Position numbers and translations under genes: made by a program. A stretch of 64,000 nt of DNA. Source: a virus (lineage: Duplodnaviria > Caudoviricetes). Position 1 is the first letter of the stretch, and the number at the start of each line of letters is the position of its first letter. The stretch is taken from IMG/VR virus record IMGVR_UViG_3300047545_000306, positions 39,151 through 103,150 of that record. The stretch is one strand, 5' to 3'. Positions 58,406-64,000 of this stretch are shown piece after piece. The notes under the pieces were generated by a model, which was not told the DNA's origin, ran no database searches, and saw only the letters and a program-made list of their open reading frames with translations.

Positions 58406-59176
58406 TCATGAATTGAATGATATAAGCAGATGTGTGTTGTATTCTCCGTCTAAAGGTGCCCACTCTTCTTGTGAGTATTGATTTGCAAGGATTATGAGGT
58501 TAATCGTTAGAGTAGATGATGGCACATCAAACTCCAGCCCAGAGGTCTCATTTAGTTTTATTATTGATGAGATTGGACTTATTGACATAATGTTGTACTG
58601 AATATTAAAGTTATCTATGTCTGTAGTTACTGGAGTTCCTCCAGAATACACAGCATCCCAAGTTAATGTTGTCACGGCACCGCCGTCTATGATTATTGTT
58701 GCTGCTGGAGAATATAGTCCACCATCGGTAATCGGTGATAGGGCTGCTGGAATAACTGCAGATAAGGAGAAGTTTGCAACTCCGTCAACAAACTCAAGCA
58801 TTCTATTTGCTGGATATGCAGTTGGTGTTAGGCTTACAAGATTATACCACTTTAAGCCTTCTGGACCGTCATTGTAATAGTACAAGTCAAGATAGCCAGG
58901 ATCATAAGGATTTAGATTTGTGCATATGTCATATCTTTTTGGTGTTGCTGGTATCAACGCAAGTGCTGGATTGTAACCCTCCTCGTGCTGGTGGTTTATA
59001 AAAGATTCCTTTGGATATGGAAAGGTTGGTGGGCTTATGTTAGGGTCTCCACTACTCAAAAGGAAGCTTGTCCCCCTCTGACCTGACCTTCCGCCATCTA
59101 CAGATACTGTAACAGATGCTGGTCCACCAACAACTGGACCTGTATACTCAAGTGCGGTTTCTATTGCGGTTACCAA
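58406..59176 (-). CDS. Virion protein (paralog of 59178..59777)
   Basis: G.RG...G.P, YD...NL.P, NFNIQ, W..L.G.Y..HL shared with neighbour. Confidence 0.6.
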   Translation of the reverse strand: MVTAIETALEYTGPVVGGPASVTVSVDGGRSGQRGTSFLLSSGDPNISPPTFPYPKESFINHQHEEGYNPALALIPATPKRYDICTNLNPYDPGYLDLYYYNDGPEGLKWYNLVSLTPTAYPANRMLEFVDGVANFSLSAVIPAALSPITDGGLYSPAATIIIDGGAVTTLTWDAVYSGGTPVTTDIDNFNIQYNIMSISPISSIIKLNETSGLEFDVPSSTLTINLIILANQYSQEEWAPLDGEYNTHLLISFNS

Positions 59177-59177
59177 G

Positions 59178-59777
59178 TTATACCACCGTTACAATTAAGT
59201 GAATAGAATAGTCCCCATTTAGTGCGGACCAGGTATTCGGACTTTCTACAGTAGACTTTACAGCATTAACTGTAACCTCTAGATTTAGTTGTTTTGATAT
59301 TGGATCAATAATTATGCCATCCACAAATATTGAAGATGCAACTGGTATGTTGCTGATTACTGTGTGCTGAATATTAAAGTTCTCTGCCTGATAGATGCCA
59401 ATAGATGCAAGTGGAATAACAGATGTTATTGGTATGTATATCTTTGCAGATCCATTCTGAAATCTAGTTATGTGATTTTCTAAAAAAGTGTTTGGTATAA
59501 GTCTAAGTAGTGGAACCCACGTAAACTCTCCATCTACATTCAAATACTGATATAGATACAAGTACTCTGTGTCGTCGGGCTCTAGGTTAATAAACATATC
59601 ATATGTTTTTGGAGTGAGTGGCTTTGATACTGATGCAAGATTTGGTTTTCCAGAACCAACAAATATGTTAGATCCTCGTTCTCCTATAGCACCAATACTA
59701 AGGTCAACGTCTAGCTTTGATGAAGATCCAAGCACATCTATTGAGTCTGAAGAGAGTAGTACGTCAATGTTTGTCAT
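59178..59777 (-). CDS. Virion protein (paralog of 58406..59176)
   Basis: Shares GERGS..GSG.P, YD.FIN, NFNIQ and C-terminal HL motifs with its neighbour. Confidence 0.6.
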   Translation of the reverse strand: MTNIDVLLSSDSIDVLGSSSKLDVDLSIGAIGERGSNIFVGSGKPNLASVSKPLTPKTYDMFINLEPDDTEYLYLYQYLNVDGEFTWVPLLRLIPNTFLENHITRFQNGSAKIYIPITSVIPLASIGIYQAENFNIQHTVISNIPVASSIFVDGIIIDPISKQLNLEVTVNAVKSTVESPNTWSALNGDYSIHLIVTVV

Positions 59778-59779
59778 TA

Positions 59780-60682
59780 CTATGCCCCCAGAGTTATTGA
59801 TGCAGTTGCGAACTGATCAGTATTTTCTCCAGCTGTATTATACGACGTTATCTTGATCAGATACTCTATCCCATCGGCAAGTGGCTGACCGAGGATGGTA
59901 TTTGCTGAATATGTAAGGTCTGTGGCATCTACTGTATCTACAAGTGTGTAGGGAATGCTTAACGCAGGAATTGAACCATAAATCTTATAGGCTGTTGCTG
60001 GAGATCCACTATTTGGAGCTAGCCAGTCTAGCTTAATTGTTCCATCTGGATCTTCTATTGCGGTTAGGCTTTGTGGTGGACCTGCAATAACCACATCTGG
60101 CTCTGTAATTCTTGGAAGAGTGATCTCTTCTGATATTGTAATGTTTCCATTTAGCAAGGTATATGTTTCAGAATCATTTGACACCTGAACGTCATATACG
60201 TATGGCAAAGAGGCATCTAAGAATTTTGCAACTGTTGGAGTTATCTCACAAACAACGTGTGACTTGTCTGATGATATAGAAGCTACTGCGTCATAGGATG
60301 CGTAAACACCAAAAGCAACTGAGCCAGAAATTGTGTGGTTGGCTGACACTGTGAACTTTGAATTGCTAGTGATAGATTCTACAATTGCGTTCTCTGCAAA
60401 TCTACCTGGTCCTGAACCGATAACTTTTGAGATCTTCTGACCAATTTTGATATCAGCTGTAGTTCCATATGTCAGCTCTACCTGCTTCTCTCCTGCTGTC
60501 ACAATTGCAATCAGACCAGTGGCTGATGCAGATGCTGTACCACGCTTTGTTGCTAGCGTAAACTTAGATGACGTAAACGACGAAAGGTCGAATATGTTTC
60601 CAGATGAGTCTTTTGGAAAGACTAGGAACTGGTATGTGTCACCTTTATAGTATGAGAAGTTATATGTACCTGGGAATGCCAT
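59780..60682 (-). CDS. Adaptor-like protein with C-terminal FN3 domain
   Basis: YKGDT...YVYDVQV...LLNG; PPQSL...W.AP...Y...YN.AG; start re-called at ATG 60682. Confidence 0.6.
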   Translation of the reverse strand: MAFPGTYNFSYYKGDTYQFLVFPKDSSGNIFDLSSFTSSKFTLATKRGTASASATGLIAIVTAGEKQVELTYGTTADIKIGQKISKVIGSGPGRFAENAIVESITSNSKFTVSANHTISGSVAFGVYASYDAVASISSDKSHVVCEITPTVAKFLDASLPYVYDVQVSNDSETYTLLNGNITISEEITLPRITEPDVVIAGPPQSLTAIEDPDGTIKLDWLAPNSGSPATAYKIYGSIPALSIPYTLVDTVDATDLTYSANTILGQPLADGIEYLIKITSYNTAGENTDQFATASITLGA

Positions 60683-60696
60683 AGTCTTATTATACA

Positions 60697-61395
60697 CTAA
60701 TTAACTGATATAGATATTGATTTTATCTTTACCGCTGAGTCTAGGTCAGTTCTTATTTTTGGAACAATTCCTGCATTCTTATGTTGCTCTGAAAGAATTA
60801 GAAGATTGTGTGTAACAGACATTTCGTATGTGTGCTGATATTTCAGATTTGCACAAAAAGTGGTTACAGAAGTGTCTAAATCTATGAATTCTGATCTCAT
60901 CCACACCTCTGTATTTGAGTTAAAGGTTATTACCTCTATTTCATAGGTTATCTGAACCTGGGCACCGACTTTTAAAGCTCTTGTGTTTATCTTTCTAATA
61001 TCGTTGCTGTAAAGGCTCACAGAGTCCTCTGGAAGAAAAGACTCATTCGGATTCATAGAGTTGATAAAAAGCTGTACCCAGCCATCCTCGCCTCTTGTGG
61101 CACCTGTTGGTGTTGTGTTGGTATTTTTATTTTCATAGAAGCCCCACCCGACATTTTGACCATAAGTTGGGAAGTAGGATTTTCCATCTTTTCCAGGAAA
61201 ACCTCGCTCTCCTCTTGGACCTGGCTTGCCTTCTCCAGGATCACCTTTTTCACCCTTGGCTCCATCTTTTCCTGGAGGTCCTGGTGGTCCTACTGGTCCT
61301 GGAACAGCAAAAAAAGCTGATTCTTGTGGTTGTTGTGATTGAACCTTCTCTGCATAAGCAGATTTTGGGAAATCCATATTTTGAGAAATAGCCAT
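60697..61395 (-). CDS. Collagen-like (GXY) virion protein
   Basis: GPVGPPGPPGKDGAKGEKGDPG...GPRGERGFPGKDG. Confidence 0.75.
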   Translation of the reverse strand: MAISQNMDFPKSAYAEKVQSQQPQESAFFAVPGPVGPPGPPGKDGAKGEKGDPGEGKPGPRGERGFPGKDGKSYFPTYGQNVGWGFYENKNTNTTPTGATRGEDGWVQLFINSMNPNESFLPEDSVSLYSNDIRKINTRALKVGAQVQITYEIEVITFNSNTEVWMRSEFIDLDTSVTTFCANLKYQHTYEMSVTHNLLILSEQHKNAGIVPKIRTDLDSAVKIKSISISVN

Positions 61396-61412
61396 AATAC
61401 TATTATCTCATC

Positions 61413-62279
61413 TTATTGAGTAATATAAGTTCCAGAAATATGGAAATTATCTGCAACATTTAGACTTACTGGACTGTCGTGATCAAAAAGTTCGTCCTGT
61501 CCGTTGGAGCCAGTATAGGTTAGAAACAGTCTGCTGGCTCCTGCTGAAACGTGACCGCCGATGGCGTATTGGTTGCTCGCTGATATATCGTGTAAGCAAC
61601 CTTCCTTAAACTGATATCCATACTTAGCAGCGAATGGCAGATCGACGTAATATTGTCCAGTGCCAAAGTTAGTGATGTTATTCATATCTACTTGAATTTG
61701 GAAATGTACAAGTGAACCTGTCTTTACATAGGTTCCGCTAAATAATGGAGATCCATTAAATGTTGGTTGTGCTCCAGTCGTACCACCAGAAACAGTAAAA
61801 GATGTTTCTGTGGGAACTCCAGAGTTTTCTGAAACATACGCAGTTGTCTGCACTGTGTTATCAGCAAAAGTTAAATTAGTAACAGCAAGATCTGGTAACT
61901 GTGCTTGTGCAATACCGTCAATAAAAAATACACCGTTGTCAATTGTTAAGCCTACCTCTGTTCCCAGGGTAGCGTCAGTAATATAAATAGTTCCTTCACC
62001 AATAGAGATAGACTTCCATCTATTTTCTGAGTTACCTAAAACATATATGTTGTCTGCTGCTGGAAGAATGTCTCCTGCATATGATGAAAGGTCTGGAGTC
62101 TGTCCATCTGCTCCATCGGCACCTGCTGGTCCTTGTGGTCCTTCTAGACCAGCAATTCCTTGCTCGCCTGGCTCTCCCTGTGGTCCAGTTAGTCCAATGT
62201 CCCCCTGGTATCCTCTAGGTCCTTGTGCACCTCTTGGTCCTGGGGCACCTGGAAATGGTACAATCTTAATTGTTGGCAT
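61413..62279 (-). CDS. Collagen-like (GXY) fibre protein
   Basis: About 16 GXY triplets then a beta head domain; start re-called at ATG 62279. Confidence 0.75.
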   Translation of the reverse strand: MPTIKIVPFPGAPGPRGAQGPRGYQGDIGLTGPQGEPGEQGIAGLEGPQGPAGADGADGQTPDLSSYAGDILPAADNIYVLGNSENRWKSISIGEGTIYITDATLGTEVGLTIDNGVFFIDGIAQAQLPDLAVTNLTFADNTVQTTAYVSENSGVPTETSFTVSGGTTGAQPTFNGSPLFSGTYVKTGSLVHFQIQVDMNNITNFGTGQYYVDLPFAAKYGYQFKEGCLHDISASNQYAIGGHVSAGASRLFLTYTGSNGQDELFDHDSPVSLNVADNFHISGTYITQ

Positions 62280-62659
62280 TATAAACTTCCTCCTGTAACG
62301 TCTCCAAGTACTGATATGGTTCCAATAACTGGAGTCCAAACTACATCGTCAATAGTAACTTGTAGATCAAAAGCCAATTCGGAGACTACAGAATTGTATC
62401 CTGTTCCCCAATATTTAGTAATATCTGCTGAAGCTGTTACTTCAACATATCCATTACCAGCAAAAACTTCTAGCTCATCTGTAACATCGCCCTTATAATC
62501 ATAGGCTGATGACTCATATTGCCATCCTGCGGTATCAAAAAGTGTAACCTCGTCATCATTGTAGAATTCAATACGAAGTATGCTTGTGTCTCCTCTAACA
62601 ACATTCCATTTTAGAGTCATAGGGTTTGCACCAAAAGGTAGAGGTCCGCAGCAAGTCAT
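62279..62659 (-). CDS. BppU-N-like adaptor protein
   Basis: W.VVRGDT...FDLQV...VWTPVIG. Confidence 0.55.
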   Translation of the reverse strand: MTCCGPLPFGANPMTLKWNVVRGDTSILRIEFYNDDEVTLFDTAGWQYESSAYDYKGDVTDELEVFAGNGYVEVTASADITKYWGTGYNSVVSELAFDLQVTIDDVVWTPVIGTISVLGDVTGGSL

Positions 62660-62680
62660 AGTAATTACATTATATCATCA

Positions 62681-62738
62681 AAAATAAAAACTAGCACTCA
62701 AGTCGGTGGGTATGAGAGACAAACCTGAGTGCTAGTTG
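62681..62738 (-). ncRNA. Candidate hairpin small RNA
   Basis: TGTTATAAT promoter (62744-62752), perfect 12-bp stem AACTAGCACTCA/TGAGTGCTAGTT, U-rich tail; no ORF. Confidence 0.5.
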
Positions 62739-62739
62739 T

Positions 62740-62950
62740 ATATATTATAACATAATTAGTACATATTGTTGTAGATATTCACAGTTTACACAATTGTTAC
62801 AAAAGATTTACATAAATGTAACATAGAAAGGGGTTGACACGGTGGGTTTTTGTGGTATCTTATATATAATTAATAAATATAAATAATAAATACTTTAATA
62901 TTCTTAATACTTCTTCTATATATTAGTCTTTTATATATATTAATAATAAT
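62740..62950. other. Extremely AT-rich non-coding tract, candidate replication origin/control region
   Basis: 62860-62950 is almost all A/T; close to the coding-strand switch. Confidence 0.4.
62834..62861 (+). promoter_or_regulatory. Sigma70-type promoter with no downstream ORF
   Basis: TTGACA-16 nt-TATCTT with TG extension. Confidence 0.45.
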
Positions 62951-62971
62951 CGGTTTTGGGTTTTGCGGATT

Positions 62972-63259
62972 TCACCTTGATGATCTAGAAATGTATTCCA
63001 AAAGTACATCGTACATGTGATCTATTTTCTTGTTTGTTTCTTTTCTTAAAGTATCAGCTTCTGATTCACGTTTTTTTAAGTCTGAAATGTCTTTTTCTAA
63101 TCTATTTACCTGATCTTTTAAGCTTGAACCACCGTTTGGCTTCAGTTCGTGCTTGATCTCTTCGAAGTAGTGTTTGACTAACCATCTGACACCCATGGCT
63201 GCCGATGAAATAATTGCTGATATACCAACAATTGTTCCAATCCAAGAAGCCAAATCCAT
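62972..63259 (-). CDS. Single-pass membrane protein (holin-like candidate)
   Basis: N-terminal TM helix, ELKPNGGSSLKD motif, coiled coil; start re-called at ATG 63259. Confidence 0.6.
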   Translation of the reverse strand: MDLASWIGTIVGISAIISSAAMGVRWLVKHYFEEIKHELKPNGGSSLKDQVNRLEKDISDLKKRESEADTLRKETNKKIDHMYDVLLEYISRSSR

Positions 63260-63423
63260 AATAATACAATTATAAACGAATTTTGTAGGGTTTCGGGAAA
63301 AATATAGCGGTAAAGAGCACGGCGGAAAATTCGGCGGTGAATAAGAGTAACCAAACACCACATTTGCACAAAAAGATATAAAAATATCTACCATGTGCAC
63401 CTGGTGTATGCTATTATATATGA

Positions 63424-63639
63424 GTGGGTAATGAAGATAAGAAAAAAGACGTAAAGTTTATCGATCTGTTTGATCCGAGGGCTCCTAGAAGCGACCAGGA
63501 GCTGATAGAGGCACGTCTGGCTATCTGTAACGAATGCCCTTGGCTTGACAAACGCTTGACAAAGTGTCGTCAGTGTGGCTGCTTTATGCAGCTTAAATCG
63601 ACACTAAAGCAAGCCACCTGTCCTTTAGAGAAATGGTAA
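63424..63639 (+). CDS. Cys-rich small protein
   Basis: RLAICNECP...CRQCGCFM..K......CPLEKW. Confidence 0.7.
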   Translation: MGNEDKKKDVKFIDLFDPRAPRSDQELIEARLAICNECPWLDKRLTKCRQCGCFMQLKSTLKQATCPLEKW

Positions 63640-63642
63640 AAT

Positions 63643-63828
63643 ATGTACAAAGATGAAGTTGTAGCGTTAATGACCGATTACATTAACAAGATGAACCGTG
63701 CACGTGCAGAAGAGATGCTTGTTCCTTCTGAACAGATCCAGGAAATGGAGTTGCAGTCTACTCCAGAGTTTAATCGTGTAAATGGAGAGATTTATGACAT
63801 GCTTGTAGACAACGGAGTTATTCGTTAA
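63643..63828 (+). CDS. Hypothetical protein
   Basis: Coupled in a plus-strand operon. Confidence 0.6.
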   Translation: MYKDEVVALMTDYINKMNRARAEEMLVPSEQIQEMELQSTPEFNRVNGEIYDMLVDNGVIR

Positions 63829-64000
63829 TGCCTGCTAAGTTCGATTTCAAGAAAAGCTATCAAGATCGTGACTATCTGTTCAATGAGTATGTGACTCTAG
63901 GCAAAAGTTCTAAGACTATTGGTAAGGAATTGCATGTATCATACAAGCTTGTCGAGATATGGCTTCGCCATTATGACTTACCGATCAGAGAACAGATCTA
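63828..64000 (+). CDS. Small HTH protein, reaches window edge
   Basis: MPAKFDFKKSYQDRDYLFNEYVTLGKSSKTIGKELHVSYKLVEIWLRHYDLPIREQI; similar to 3873..4025. Confidence 0.65.
   Translation, partial: MPAKFDFKKSYQDRDYLFNEYVTLGKSSKTIGKELHVSYKLVEIWLRHYDLPIREQI

Noticed and set aside
62660-63420. tRNA genes in the largest intergenic spaces
   Set aside because: No cloverleaf or T-loop GTTCRA pattern found by eye; tRNAscan-SE would be decisive.
1-64000. Alternative genetic code or prophage state
   Set aside because: Long genes are intact under the standard code and all three stop codons are used; no integrase, att site or host flank is visible in this window.

Overview
This window is a 64-kb segment of a large tailed dsDNA phage with siphovirus-type genes; no cellular housekeeping context is visible. 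Almost all genes are on the minus strand. From high to low coordinates: a ~20-kb cluster of paralog-rich tail-fibre/accessory virion genes (42.7-62.7 kb); portal, prohead protease/scaffold, HK97-type major capsid, neck proteins, major tail protein, two paralogous tail-assembly chaperones, a 2832-aa tape measure and tail-tip genes (16.6-42.4 kb); a replication/recombination module (DnaB, DnaG, SSB, DnaE, MazG-like, NrdH, RecA, two resolvases, Cas4-like nuclease); then small and large terminase and a truncated secreted protein. An actinobacterial host is inferred from the NrdH redoxin, PASTA repeats, NlpC/P60 gene, the DnaE/RecA/Cas4 module and pervasive leaderless promoters. Most interesting observations: (1) an FN3 protein ending in 16 perfect (Y/F)-x-N tripeptides, followed directly by a 2OG-Fe(II) oxygenase and an unannotated Zn-finger micro-gene, a candidate substrate-plus-modifier system; (2) tail chaperones G and GT encoded by gene duplication rather than a frameshift; (3) a promoter-hairpin-terminator small RNA whose loop is antisense to phage translation starts; (4) a uORF-containing structured leader on the NlpC/P60 gene; (5) a PASTA-repeat protein in the virion cluster. 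No tRNA, CRISPR array, integrase, reverse transcriptase or intein was recognised. All calls come from motif recognition by eye, with no database searches.
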